Assembly (NCBI GenBank): GCA_047495785.1
Contig: JBLDXI010000043.1
Span: forward strand, 248,001 to 312,000
Source: Lepidodermella squamata
Lineage: Eukaryota; Animalia; Gastrotricha
Direction of reading: 5' to 3'
Length of the DNA: 64,000 nt
The notes beneath the pieces were generated by a model. That model did no database searches, was not told where the DNA came from, and saw nothing but the letters and a program-made list of their open reading frames with translations. Shown piece after piece: positions 11,794-24,835 of the stretch. Numbering within the stretch: the first letter of the stretch is position 1; each line of letters begins with the position of its first letter. A program made the position numbers and the translations under genes.

Positions 11794-12457
11794 AATGCAA
11801 TGCCGAAGGTCGAAAGTAATAATGCATTTATATTGACTTCGTGCTGCGTGCTGCGTTGACAAAACTTTGGGAGGCGTTTGCGTATTTTTGAATGTTTTTG
11901 ATGTGAATCCCGTAAAAAGTTAACTTCATACTTCATTGTATTTCCCGCATGAAAAAAGTAAGCTGCAATAATATCAATAATATTATGTAGGATGGAAGAC
12001 CTGTAAAATCATTTTCACACCCATTCAAATTCGATTATTTCAGAGAAGGAAGCTACAAGTTTCGTTTTTCTTCCTCGCAGAATTGACAAGGCGTGGATCT
12101 TCGTTCGGCAAATGACTATCGTAATTTAAAATCACGCCATGAAAAACGAATTGGCAGCAGCGAAAAATACAAGAAGTTGTCTGTGTTCGTAGCATGATAG
12201 AAGTCCGCCCAACCTAGAAGAGCTTAATCATTTCCTGGAAAACTGAACTTATCACAAAGCTCTGCCGCAATGCACACGACTTTTAAACACAAACATGATA
12301 ATGATAGAGGTTTAAAAGAGAAAGTGATTGAATTTTATGGACAGTCCGGCTTAGAAATGAGTTGAAAAAACCCCGACATCACGTATTCCACCGCCTATTC
12401 CGGCATTCAACTAATTTAAAGAAGGAAAACCTATGCAATCTCTATCGATAATTAACA

Positions 12458-15010
12458 ATGCAACTGTTCCCAGAGCTTATTTTACTGATCGTGCGTGCCA
12501 TGCCGATCCTTGCATTGAAAACCTACAACATATCGCTGTTGGCGCCAATATCGTTCACGGGTAATCCGCCTGCTACAGGCGCTGCCTGCAAAATCGCCTC
12601 GGATATTGCTATCAACGCGATTAACAATCAATCGGAGATTTTACCCGATTATCACATCGTTGCTCAGTACGTGGATGAAGCCGCTGGGATTCTTGCTGCC
12701 AGGGCTGGAGTAGATTACTATCGAAGCTTCGAAAACCAACAAAGGCCTAACGTATTTCAATCACCAGTGATTGCCGGCCCGAATTTTTCAAACGGATGCA
12801 AGGTTCTTGGGCCGATTTTGCACGAGCTCAACTCAGTGGGTATAACTAGTCGCTGCACAGCTTCTTTTCTAACCGATCGAAATATCTATAAGAATTTGTA
12901 TTTGATGCGATTAACAAGCAACTTGGTAACGTTCGCTCAAATGCGGTTCATCAAAGATGTTGGAAAATGGCAGCGATTTGGCATCATAACGAATGTGGCT
13001 AGTGTTTCTGATTACCCAGCCGCTGCAATTTTACAACGCCTCGCCCTAGAACAGGCAAATGTCTCGGTGCCATATTTCGATATTGTGGCAGAAATGAATG
13101 ACGAGTACTTCGTGGCGATGAAAAAGACTGATATTAGAGTTTTCGCAATCATTACTGGGGTCGGACGGCTAGTCTGGGGGTTTTTCTGTCAAGCTTACAA
13201 ATTCGGCATTACTGGGCCGAGGTATGCTTTCATTCTTATTGGGACAGGCTTCAGTGACCCCGCTGCTCTGCCGGATCCAGTGTTGCCGGAATGCCGTCGA
13301 GCTATCGTAGCTGAGCAGATGAAAGTAAGTTCAACCAGCTTTTTTACCCCATTTCCAAGGATAAGGAAATCTAGCTGCATGCAAGCCGTAAAATCCGAAA
13401 TACTTATTCTAGGCATACTTCAACATTCATCCTAAGTTTACTAAGCTCAGTCGACCTATAGTACACATAATATTAGCTTCCTCCAAGCATATTTGTGAAT
13501 TCTATTTTAACCATTTTCACAGCACGCCTTTTGGACGGCGTTGAGTACAGCCACGATGGAACCAACATTGAAAATAGCTCTAGGATACAATTTGCTGGAG
13601 TTCGACGCCACGTTTGATCGATACTCGAACAACACTAGGCCAGTCGACTACGAAAACCGCGTTTCCTGTCACGACAACATACTTCAGGCAGCGCTAACAC
13701 TTCACGAGTCCGAGAAAGTTCTAAAAGCGCAACATCTTTCCCTACGCAATATGCGTGACCAACCTGAGCTCATGATGCAAATCGTGAACAAAACAGCAAT
13801 TTCGATCGATTATTTAGGACTGAGGATGGGTAGGCTGAAATACAATAGCCGGGGAGAAATAGATGGGGATGTTATGACTGTGAGCCAGTGGACACCCTCC
13901 TCGGGTTACCAGATTTTGTATACAGTCCATCAATACCCTAACACCTCAGTTAACTCCCTTTCGAGCTATTGGATGAAAAAGTATCGCAATCCTTCATGGC
14001 AAACCCAGAATGGTGAACCCCCTGAAGATAGGGCAAATGTAAGCACAGAAATCGAAGAGATTCCAAAAGAGATCATTTACATCACTGGACCTTTAGCTTC
14101 TATCGTAAGCATCGTCCAGGTTGGAGGGATCTTTAAGATTTTGAAAAAGGCGAGGTTAAATAAGGACCTTCACAGGCTGAAGCTGCTTGGCATGTTAGGA
14201 GCTTTTGTCATGAATGCAACTTCTATTGTGTTCTCCATGCAAACTTCTTCATCCCCTTCAATTCTGTGGAAGCTGAGGCTAATATTGATAGTCCTCAGCT
14301 TTGGCCTCGTGAATGGCACTCTGAATTTACGACCGTTCATCATATTGCTAAAAACTGACAAGAAGGCGAGATTTTCCTCGAAAGCAAATTCAGAGATTAG
14401 TCAAATTTCGGCTGGCAGTGTAGTTTCGCGACGAGCGGCGGCAATGCGAATGAAGAATTCTAGCGCGAAATTCAACGAAAATAGGGGATCTCGCCCAGCT
14501 TCCATAATTGCAATTCCAAATGTGAAGAATATAGATTTCAAAGCGACTGATAAATTAAGCTTCAAATGGGTTTGGGTTTACACGCTAGTTAATGCAGCTC
14601 TCGTTGGATTCTGGTTACTGACCGATCCGCTGAGGTGTGTTATCATGAACGAAGTTCCAGAATACATTGATGAGGATGATCTGGTAATCGAAAGGTTCTA
14701 CTGGAACTGCGAATCTGACGAAAATCACTCTAAATGGCTCGGATCTCTTCTGGCCCTCAACGCTGGCATGCTACTGATTGGGTGCATCTCCACTCTGAGG
14801 TTGAAATTCAATAGCAGGGCTATTGTTCCAGAGATGAAGCCAATGTCCCTTGGCCTGGCTAATTTCGCGTTGATCTTCGTCGGCAGCATGCTCATTGTTG
14901 CTGTTGTTGACGATAGTGTTGCTCAGGAGATCACGATAGCTTTTGCTCTCCTGTTTACTTCGGCAACAACCTCTGCATCATGGCTCTACCCGTTGCTATC
15001 AGTAACTTGA
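12458..15010 (+). CDS. Class C GPCR, GABA-B-like, copy 3 (exons 12458-13324, 13523-15010; ~784 aa)
   Basis: Donor AAA|GTAAGT, acceptor CACAG|CAC, phase 0. VFT plus 7TM. Confidence 0.92.
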
Positions 15011-15810
15011 AAAATTAGAAACAATCATTTTATTCTTTATGCTTTCGCTTGGTCACACTCGACGTGCACGGAAATTGAAGTAAATCGTCCCAACATTGTC
15101 ATTTTCACGGTTTTTTGCTCACAAAAATCGAAGTAGATTGAACTCATCAACCACATTCCTGAAACGTGGGTCTTGAATGGCCGATCTAGGAAATCACGTA
15201 GTTTTTTTTTAAAACGCTAATACCCAATAAAACCGTACGTCGCACTGAATTTATTGCAATTGTAGGAATGACTCGCAAAATTCATACATCGTTGAACTAA
15301 TGAAATGCTACCAAAATTCTACGGTTCACAGCCGTTCATTTATCAAAATAAAGTTGTCTAATTTGAGATGGATTTGACATGTGGAGGGACATCGCTAAAA
15401 GAAAGCGAATGGTTCACGTACTATCAACATTTTGTGCAAGTTTAGGATGACAGCGAGCGCACAGTTACCGGTGCACTTAGAACCTAGAACCTAACGTAGT
15501 TTTTGTTTGCCATTTGCCACTACCCAGGCGCGTGTTGTACCAATCGAAAAGCGGACCTGAAATTTGAAGCCTGCCAGATATTTTATTGAGCTTTTCTGAA
15601 ACTCTCGAAAATGCAACGTTACTCACCACGGCTTATTGTAGGTGATAAAGAGCCACAGGACATTTTTAGGAGCCAGATAAGCTTTTGGCATCAGAACTTA
15701 CATATCCGATGAGAAAAATCATTTCCGGCGACATACGTCTCGAAATAAATTCAGGCATTATAAAAACAGCTCATTTTTATATCGCAAAATTAAACTCAAA
15801 TATTTTGAAA

Positions 15811-18800
15811 ATGCATTTCTGGCATTTCGTAGTCATGACAGCTTTCTTACAAGTTTCACCAGTTATCCCACGAAAAGAATTCAATTTATCGTTAGTGACA
15901 CTCATGCCTTTCACAGGCAGTCTACCATCAACTGGCGTAGCTTGCAGAATCGCCTCTCAAATCGCAGTGGATGCTGCTAACAGCAGATTAGATTTGCTAC
16001 CGGACTACAAAGTCAGCCTGCAATTTGAAGACGAAGCCTCAGGCAACCAAGCTACCCGAGTCGGCGTATCTTACAGTCGCAGTTTTGAGAACAGCCAGCG
16101 AAGCAGCGAATATCAATCGCCAATCATTGTTGGACCGAATTTCTCAAACGGTTGCAAGGCCCTAGGACCAGCTTTGCATCAACTTTACTCGATTGGCCTA
16201 TCGAAAGGCTGCGCTGCTTCTTTCCTAACCGATAGAAGTATCTATCGCAATTTGTACTTGATGCGATCAACAGGCGGCATTCTTACCTATGCCCAAATGC
16301 GGTTTATCAAAGATGTCGGAAAATGGCAGCGAATCGGAATCATAACTAATGTTGGCAGTGTTTCTGATTACACTTCCGCCGCGATTCTGCAACGTCTCGC
16401 ACTCGACCAAGCTAATGTCTCGGTGCCATATTTCGACATTGTAGCTGAAATGGATGACGAGTACTTTGTGGCAATGAAGAAGTCTGATGTTAGAGTTGTT
16501 GTGGTTACTACGGCGATCGCAAGGCTTGTTTGGAGATTTTTGTGTCAGGCTCACAAGTTTGGAATGACGGGACCGAGATATGCCTTCATTCTACTCGGCG
16601 TAGTTTTCAGCGATCCTAGGACGCTTCCGGATCCGGTGGTGCCGGAATGCAGGAGAACTGTAGTAATCGAGCAAATGAAGGTGAGCTCTGTTCCCTAATA
16701 GAAATAGCACGATGAAATAGCGCGATGTTTCCCAAAAGTTGCGTCGCAAAATAAACGCCATAAACGTTTTCGCAAAGTATAGCTACCGAATACCGAAGGC
16801 TTCTTCATCGGCGATTTTACCGAGTAATTCGACCCGTAAAAGCTCGTTGTTAATTGGTTCCCGAATTTGCAGTATATTACCATAGGTTTGATCCAACTAA
16901 TTCCCACTACATTTTATGCTCAAAATGGTAATAATTACCCATATCACTAGCTACTTTTCAAATGCCCTCTCAACACTCAAATTTTACCTTTCAACTCTTA
17001 ATATTCGCCAACGCTTATTTCAAAGCTTGAGGGAGAAAAGCATACACTTAGACTTATGAAAGTGGCGTCCTACTGCGGAAGCGATTAGAAGATCAGAATT
17101 GTTTTTCTGAGCTTTTGTTTTTCATGTTTTTCGAATTTAACCGTCGAAAAGGTAATCACACAATATCATTATCCCATTTTGTAGGGGCTAATTTAATCAA
17201 ATACTTAAATCATCAACTAATTGAATTCTTAAAAAATCATAATAATTCAGATCTCCCAAAGCATTTAAATTTAAATTTATTCATCCTAATGCAAGACTTG
17301 GATGAATAAATAGCTCGAATTTTAAATTACTTGTAGCTTGTAGTAATGCTTCTATTGGGGTTCCAAGGAGATGAGTTTCGATTGAGAAAGGATATACTTC
17401 TTGAATTCCAGAAATATCTTCGACTGCCTTTTCAACCTTTTTCAGCATTCTTTTTGGACGGGTCCTCTACAAACCACCCCTGAGCCAGCTGCCAGAACAG
17501 CTCTGGGCCACAACCTGCCAGAATTCGACGCGATTTTCGATCGATACTTGAATGGCACAATACCTTTTGATTATGAACAGCGGATTAGTTGCCATGACAG
17601 TGTCCTCCAGGCACTGCTCACGCTCCATAAATCGGAAGAAAGCTTGAAACGTCAAAACCTGTCTCTGCGCAATATGCGTGATCGTCCTAAACTTGTCATG
17701 GAAGTCGTTAACAAAACAGCCCTAACAATCGATTATATTGGACTAAGAATGGGTCGTTTCAAATACAATAACCTCGGAGAAATGGATGGTGATATTTTAA
17801 CGATCAGCCATTGGAGCCCTGGGGCTGGGTATCAAATCGTCTACACCGTCTATCAGTACCCAAATACCTCTGCCTATTCTTACGATAGCTATTGGATGAA
17901 GAAGCTCCGCGACCCTGTATGGCAAACAATCAACAAAGATCCTCCTAGGGACAGGATTGGACTCCACCGAAGTATTAACGTAATTCCGGTAGAAATCAAT
18001 TACTTCACCTGTATATTATCTGGAATCATCAGTGTTATCCAAATTGCTGGGATATCAAGACTTATCCATCTTAGGAAGCATGAAAGTACGAAGAAGGGTC
18101 TGCCCAAATTGAAAATGGTCGCTTTGCTCGGAGTTATGCTCATGAATGCAGCTGCAATAGGTTTCTCGATTGAAACGTCACTTTCACCATTAGTAATTTG
18201 GAAATCGAGGTTGATCTTGATAGTCATTAGTTTTGCTCTAACGAGCGGCACATTGTCTACGAGGCCGATTTTCCTGTCTCTGAAGATGAGGAAAACAGTT
18301 GTTAGGTTTTCATCAGGTTTACTAACTTCCAGGCAACAAGAAACTACCGGCTCGATAAACGTCGCAACGGAAAGATTGACTGTGAAGCGATTAGTTACTT
18401 TCAAGACGAGTTTCGACGACAAAAGAGAGAGTAGGCAGACTCTGAGGAAAACCGATTCTCTGTCCAACAACACGGACTTTGAAGTGATTGACGAATTGAG
18501 TTTAGCCTGGACGTTTACATTTGTGATGGCCAATGCTGGCGTAGTTGGTTTCTGGCTTCTCGGCGATCCATTGTCATGTTTCACGGAATGGAAGCCGCCT
18601 GACTATGATGAAATCGAAGATATTATTATGGAAAGCTATTATTGGGTATGCAAATCATCTGGATATCATTCGGCTTGGATTTATTCCTTCCTAGCGGTCA
18701 ATGCGATTATTCTGCTTATTGGAGGTTGCGCGTTGTGGAGAATGCGATTTCTCAGTGGTGGATTGGTTTTTCCTGAGATGGAGCTTATTTCGCTTGGTCT

Positions 18801-18957
18801 GGCTAATTTCGCCATCCTTTTTATGGGTGGTTGTCTCATCGTAGCAGTTTTGAATGATATTGTGGTTCAGGGGATAACTATCTCTTTTGCTTTGCTGATT
18901 GCGTCAGCCACCACGTCAGCTACCTTGCTTTATCCGGTCTACAAGCAAATTGCTTGA
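15811..18957 (+). CDS. Class C GPCR, GABA-B-like, copy 4 (exons 15811-16680, 17446-18957; ~793 aa)
   Basis: The ATG opens the signal peptide MHFWHFVV. Donor AAG|GTGAGC, acceptor TTCAG|CAT. Closest to copy 2. Confidence 0.92.
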
Positions 18958-19725
18958 AGATAAAAGCATGAATTATATCGACTCCGTGCAACATTGACGT
19001 ACCCTTGTTGAGTATTGAGTTATTGTTACATATTGTGTTTACTTTACTTTAAGACAACTCACCTAAAAGTCCATCATTTTTATCCCTATCACTGTTGTGC
19101 AATCTCCCTGCTGAAGTAAATGACTTTAGCGTCACATCCGTCACGTTACAAATACTTCCTGCTTTTAGTAGGTTTAAAGTGCCGAAGAATTCCACAAATA
19201 ATCTTTCAGCTCACCCGAGTCAACAGTTATCGTTCATCAGATTCCGCCGATATAGTCCAGTCGAGGATTTTAAATGTCCACAGCTCAAATGGGTCACTTG
19301 TATCTGATTTCGTGTCTATCAAATTCATAAGAAAAAGCTGAACTCCCGAACTTCCGTCGGAATACAGCTTGTCGTGTCCGTAAACTCGAGTTACTGCGTC
19401 TCACCTAGATTGTCTGTTTTCCGAGAGATTCATGATGGAAAAAAAACTAGGTTTATCAGCTGGTTTTTCCAAGGGCAAAGACATTCGTCGATTTTCTTGA
19501 TATATTATGGATAATTATTCGAACGAGAATCGAAGGTTTATTAGCTAAGCTAAGCTAATCAGCTAAACGTCCATTGATGGTCGCTTTTTTATTCGATTTG
19601 ATGATTTCGTGGCGCCATGCGTCATGAGACGGAGGCGGGATATTTAGCTGATAACGGACTGTGGATGTGAAATATCGAATTTCAAACTTTCCGACAGCCT
19701 CACTTAGTCCATAGTTTGAAATTTT

Positions 19726-19738
19726 TTCCGGCTTTCAA
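19726..19738 (+). promoter_or_regulatory. Representative copy of TTCCGG(CTTTCAA) element shared upstream of the GPCR genes
   Basis: TTCCGG at 2221, 12398, 15723, 19726, 29689, 37834 and 41082, and TTCCTG at 8785. Each lies 60-103 nt before the ATG. Confidence 0.5.
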
Positions 19739-19825
19739 TATGCCCGGTTGAAACACTATTTAGCTTCCGCATTCGATGTGAGCTAACTCATTACGGCAGT
19801 TTTGATCTCTGATTCAACTTCAACA

Positions 19826-22617
19826 ATGCACGTACTTACAACACTTATTTTACTGATTGGGTTTGTCTCGCCAACCCTGGGACAGAAAACCTACAACCTA
19901 TCGTTGTTAGCACTGATGTCTTTCACGGGTAATCCACCAGCCACAGGCGTGGCCTGTAAAATCGCCTCCGACATCGCTATCAACGCGGTTAACAATCAAT
20001 CGGAGATTCTGCCCGACTATCGCATCGCAGTTCAATACGAGGATGAATCTGCTGGGAACATTGCAGCTAGAGCTGTTGTAAGCTACACTCGAAGCTATGA
20101 AAATCAGGTGAAACCAAACGCATATCAGTCACCGGTCATTGTCGGCCCGAATTTTTCGAACGGATGCAAGGTCCTTGGCCCGGTATTACACGAAATCAAC
20201 TCCGTTGTCCTAACAAGTCGCTGCACGGCTTCTTTTCTAACCGATCGAAATATCTATAAGAACTTGTATTTGATGCGATCGACAGCCGGCATAGGCCTTT
20301 TCGCTCAATTGAGGTTCATCAAAGATGTTGGGAAATGGCAACGAATCGGGATTATCACAAATGTCGGGAATGTTGCTGAATACACGTCAGCCGTGATGTT
20401 ACAACGTCTCGCTCTGGATCAGGCGAATGTTTCTGTTCCATATTTCGACATAGTAGCTGAAATGGAGGACGAGTACTTTGTGGCGATGAAAAAGAGTGAT
20501 GTTCGTGTTGTTGTAGTGACAACTGGAACTGGCAGGTTGATATGGAGGTTTTTCTGCCAAGCTCACAAATTCGGCATGACTGGCTCGAGATACGCCTTCA
20601 TTCTTCTTGGAGCAGCTTTTAGCGACCCGGCTGCCCTGCCAGATCCAGTTGTGCCGCAATGCCGTCGAGCTGTAGTAGCTGAGCAGATGAAGGTAAATTT
20701 TTCCGCGAGAAGTGCGAGAAGTGCCCAAATGAAACCTTTTTGAACCTATTCCAACCAAGTACAATTTTATTGAATCCTTTCTTTGCCGTTACCCGTAGCA
20801 GCAATTTTATTTAGTTTCACTATTCATCAAACAACGGGAAACAAGAAACATTCCAAACCTTTTAAAAATCGTTTATTTATTATTTATTGTGTATTTATTT
20901 ATTACAAATAATTTCCATAATTAATGAAGACAAATCAAAATTTTGCTGCGTTCATAGTCAAATTTGAAAATCTTGTGGGTCCCTTGAAACTTTGTACTGT
21001 CTACAATACTGGACATCACATGCTTCCATTTCCCTCGAACAACTTCCTCACCGGAAATGCGTGGAAACACGTCTTGTCCACTCATACTCTTTCCTTCCTG
21101 GTCTGATTGCTTTCCACTTTATTTCGCAGCACGCTTTTTGGACGGCGCCAATACAGGCCTCTGTGGACCCAACAGCGAGAATCGCATTAGGATACAACCT
21201 TCTGGAGTTCGACGCCCAGTTCGATCGATTCGCGAATTTCACGCGACCAGTCGACTACGAAAATCGCGTTTACTGTCATGACAACGTACTTCAAGCTTTA
21301 ATGACACTTCACGAATCCGAGAAAGTTTTGAAAGCGCAGAATTTATCGCTCCGCAATATGAGAGATAAACCTGAACGCGTAATGCGAATCGTAAACGAAA
21401 CAGCCCTATCCATCGACTACTTAGGGTTGAGAATAGGTAGGCTGAGGTACAATGACAGGGGAGAGGTTGATGGGGACGTATTGATGGTCAGCCAGTGGAC
21501 ACCAACGTCGGGTTATCAGATGCTCTATACTGTCCATCAATACCCTAACACATCGTCGTACTCCCTTTCGAGCTATTGGATGAAGAAATATCGCGATCCT
21601 TCATGGCAAACGCTGGATGGTGTGCCACCTAAAGACAGGGCTAATTTGAAACTGAAAGTCGACGAGATACCAAGCGAGATCATATATATTACCGGACCAA
21701 TAGCTGCTATAATAAGCCTCGCCCAGATTGGAGGAATCTTCAAGATTCTCCGAGGGGCAAAGCTAGATCAGGGACTTAATAAACTGAAGTTCATCGGAAT
21801 GATTGGAACCTTGCTAATGAATGCCGCCACCATCGTTCTCTCAATTCCAACTTCAATATGGCCCCTGGTTCTTTGGAGGCTTAGAATAGTCTTAATAGTT
21901 TTGAGCTTTGGTCTCGTGAATGGAACTCTGAGCCTACGACCGGCATTTTTATTGCTGAAATCTGGAAAGAAAATGAGAACTTCATCGAAAGGAACTACAG
22001 AACGCAGCCAAACTTCGGCTGGCAGTGGCATGTCTCGTAAAACGACAGCAATGCGAAAAATGAATTTCAATAATAACTTCGACGAAACAGGAGGATCTCG
22101 TCCAGCTTCTAAAATGCCAGTTCCAAATGTGAAGCCAGTCGATTTGAAAGCCGCGAATGATTTGAGCTTCAAATGGGTGGTGATTGTCACGTCAGTTAAC
22201 GCAGCTCTAGTTGCATTCTGGTTACTAAGCGATCCTTTGCGCTGTGCCATCGCGAACGAAGCTCCGCAATACATTGATGAAGACGATTTAATAATTGAAA
22301 CTTCCCACTGGGTATGCGAATCAGGTGGTAATCACTTGGCATGGATTGCAGCTCTCCTAGCGCTGAATGCCGCTGTTTTGGTGGTCGGGTGCATTTCGAC
22401 ATTGAGATTGAAATTCGATGGCAGGGCTACTGTTCCGGAGATGAAGCCGATATCTCTAGGCTTGGCGAACTTCGCGTTGATTTTCATCGGTGGCATTCTT
22501 ATTGTTGCCGCTGTGGATGAGATCGTTGCTCAGGAGATCACCATAACTTTTGCTCTCCTGTTTATTTCAGCAACAACTTCAGCAACTTGGATCTACCCGC
22601 TTTCAGCCGCAATCTGA
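19826..22617 (+). CDS. Class C GPCR, GABA-B-like, copy 5 (exons 19826-20692, 21130-22617; ~784 aa)
   Basis: Signal peptide MHVLTTLILL, donor AAG|GTAAAT, acceptor CGCAG|CAC. VFT plus 7TM. Confidence 0.92.
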
Positions 22618-22994
22618 AAAAACAGCTTACGATTTTCACTTTTCACGCAGATCTGTGAAAGCATGCTGTCAAACACATTTTAATAGATAGAGATATATGT
22701 ACTTACAAAATGTTCGAACAAATTTAGTCACAACAAATTTACATTCAGTATTCAATATTATTATAATAACCAAATTCGTGAAATGTTTGCCACTCAATGC
22801 GGTTATGAACTGAAATAAAAGCAATCGTCAACAAACTATATCGTTAGCGACGTTCAATAAAACGGATTTAGGCTCCTTGTTTTCTCTTATTGTTTTCACT
22901 TTTCCTGTCCGAAATCTGAACCTGTCCTGAAATTATCTGTTGTTTTTTTCTTCAAACATTGTCAAGCTGTCCTCTCTTGGGTGTCATAGCTTCT

Positions 22995-23021
22995 AAATAA
23001 ATAAATAAATAAATAAATAAA
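22995..23021. repeat. (TAAA)n microsatellite
   Basis: Perfect tetranucleotide run. A similar run lies near 58773-58794. Confidence 0.85.
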
Positions 23022-23167
23022 TGAAGATCGCCCTACCTCGCCCGCTTGTAGAGCGCTCTTTTGATCCTATTCGCAGTTGGGAATTGAACATTAGATAGAA
23101 TGGATCAGTGTCACCTAAAAAGCCGATTTTTAGGCGCGGACACCGTTGTAGTCCAGCAGCAAGACGG

Positions 23168-23430
23168 TCATCTTCTTTTTAGCTTCGAAGCCACGGGTTC
23201 CAACGAGGCAGGGTAATTTTCCATTGTTCTCGATTTGGAGCCGACCGTGCCTCGGCCAACACCTTCGAGCCGAAGCCCGACATAGGTGGCTGATAAAAGA
23301 GATTGCAGGCCCGTCGCATCCTGGTCGACCAGAGCTCGACGTGGAACGCACGAGAAAATGCCCCGTCTGTTGTGACTGCTACATATCAATGTGGCGATGT
23401 GGTCGCTTTCGGACTTGGGTCGTAACAATA
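23168..23430 (-). mobile_element. Decayed 3' end of an RTE-like non-LTR retroelement/SINE
   Basis: Minus-strand frames give DHIA, SGRP..MRR and APNREQWK, resembling the GHxxR / GRPxxRW / AxDRxxW C-terminal motifs. It ends in an AAGAAGATGA tail. 23168-23282 recurs inverted at 24721-24835. Confidence 0.5.
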
Positions 23431-23750
23431 ACACTTTTAAGTCGGATTTAGTTTAAAGACGGGAGCGAAGCGAGCAACGCATGCGTCAGCGACCGAAAAG
23501 GAGCTCCGTGATTTAAGCTGTAAATAAAATCAAATCAAATCCAAAGCTCTGCAATGTGCAAGATAAAAAGACTTTATACCACAGTTGCTCATATCCTAAT
23601 GCTTTTCGTCCGATGTATCTCGGCAGTTTCTGACATATACGTGTGCGCGCTGTGGACCACTCGTATCTGATCCCAGCCATTTAGCTAGGATATGCCATAT
23701 ACGCAGAACTTGAACTTGGAAAATTAATTCCAAGTTTTTTTTGTTTTTGT

Positions 23751-23962
23751 GACGTGAGCGGGCGTTGAACTCGATGCTCGCTGTCTTTTAGCACAAGGCT
23801 AACCAACTTGACAACGACGACACGCACAAATGTTTATCCTAAAAGGGGCTTATAAGCTTAAAACCGTTTTCAAAGCGAAAATTAAAAAAGAGCTCGCACC
23901 AGGCATCGAACCAATGATTCCCTCTAACCTAAGCAGCATTCCAACCACTAGACTACAAGGGC
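23751..23962 (-). other. Two tandem degenerate tRNA-like (Pol III A/B box) units, probably SINE heads
   Basis: 23892-23962 minus: TAGTCTAGTGG...GGTTCGATGCC followed by a T6 run. 23751-23820 minus: TTGTCAAGTTGG...GAGTTCAACGCC. The acceptor and anticodon stems do not pair cleanly. Confidence 0.45.
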
Positions 23963-24251
23963 TGGATAAATCAAGATGCTCAATTTTGGTATTTTAGTGG
24001 ATTCAGAAAAGCTATTGATACTAGTTTTGCGGTCATTATTAACTCATGAAGGTTGTTGATGCTTTTAACATTAGCTTCACACGTTCGATTCCTGGTGGTG
24101 CACGGTTTTTTTATTCATAATTTTTTCTCAATTTTTTCATCATTGAAAGTTCGGTTGAATTCATTAGGGAACTGGACCAAAATTAAAGGTAAAAAGACCA
24201 ATTACCTACGCGAAAACCATCAGGACATGAGCAACAACGTGGAATAAATAC

Positions 24252-24435
24252 ACAAACCGCCTGTCCACACGTGTTATGCGAGTTGACGAGCAAAAAACTC
24301 GGAAGCCAGCTGCCACATAAACTTGACTCACTCGGCTACGCCTCGCGAGTCTCGAGCTTTGCAACACATGTGGCAGCTGCGCTGCCTCGTATTTGCTCGT
24401 AAACTCGCATATCCACTATGACCACGCTGTTTGTC
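24252..24435. repeat. Imperfect ~180-bp palindrome (hairpin MITE-like)
   Basis: ATGCGAGTTGACGAGCAAA pairs with TTTGCTCGTAAACTCGCAT, and CAGCTGCCACA pairs with TGTGGCAGCTG, around a central CTCGGCTACGCCTCG. Confidence 0.7.
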
Positions 24436-24720
24436 TATCAATAACCATGAACGTGATTTTTTTTAATTTCAAATCTACTCTATCAATCACCCCGTCACCT
24501 TGTCCGTTTGAACTCTTATCCATTTTCCGACCAAAAGAAGCAGTCACTTGTATATATTTAGTTGTTTATCAAAATGTGTCCGTTCGCCAGCTGTTCAGCC
24601 ACGCGTTTGGATATCAACGGAACTTGTTTACGGCGTTAAAAAAATAAGTCGTCACACGGCATCTAGGCACGAGCTCTTAAAAAGTGTTTGATTCACTTGG
24701 TTTTAAAAATTTACCTAGAA

Positions 24721-24835
24721 TGTCGGGCTTCGGCTCGAAGGTGTTGGCCGAGGCACGGTCGGCTCCAAATCGAGAACAATGGAAAATTACCCTGCCTTGT
24801 TGGAACCCGTGGCTTCGAAGCTAAAAAGAAGATGA
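24721..24835 (+). mobile_element. 115-bp 5'-truncated second copy of the retroelement 3' end
   Basis: Reverse complement of 23168-23282 with one mismatch seen. Confidence 0.7.

Noticed and set aside
15685-15810. Upstream ORF-track starts for GPCR exons (also 2282, 17401, 19802, 20992, 37825)
   Set aside because: These are non-ATG starts or intron read-through. Paralog alignment fixes the ATGs and acceptors downstream.
23751-23962. Functional tRNA genes
   Set aside because: A/B boxes are present but the cloverleaf stems do not pair.
23995-24025. GFRKAIDT as an RT motif (DFxKAFD)
   Set aside because: Too short, with no flanking similarity.
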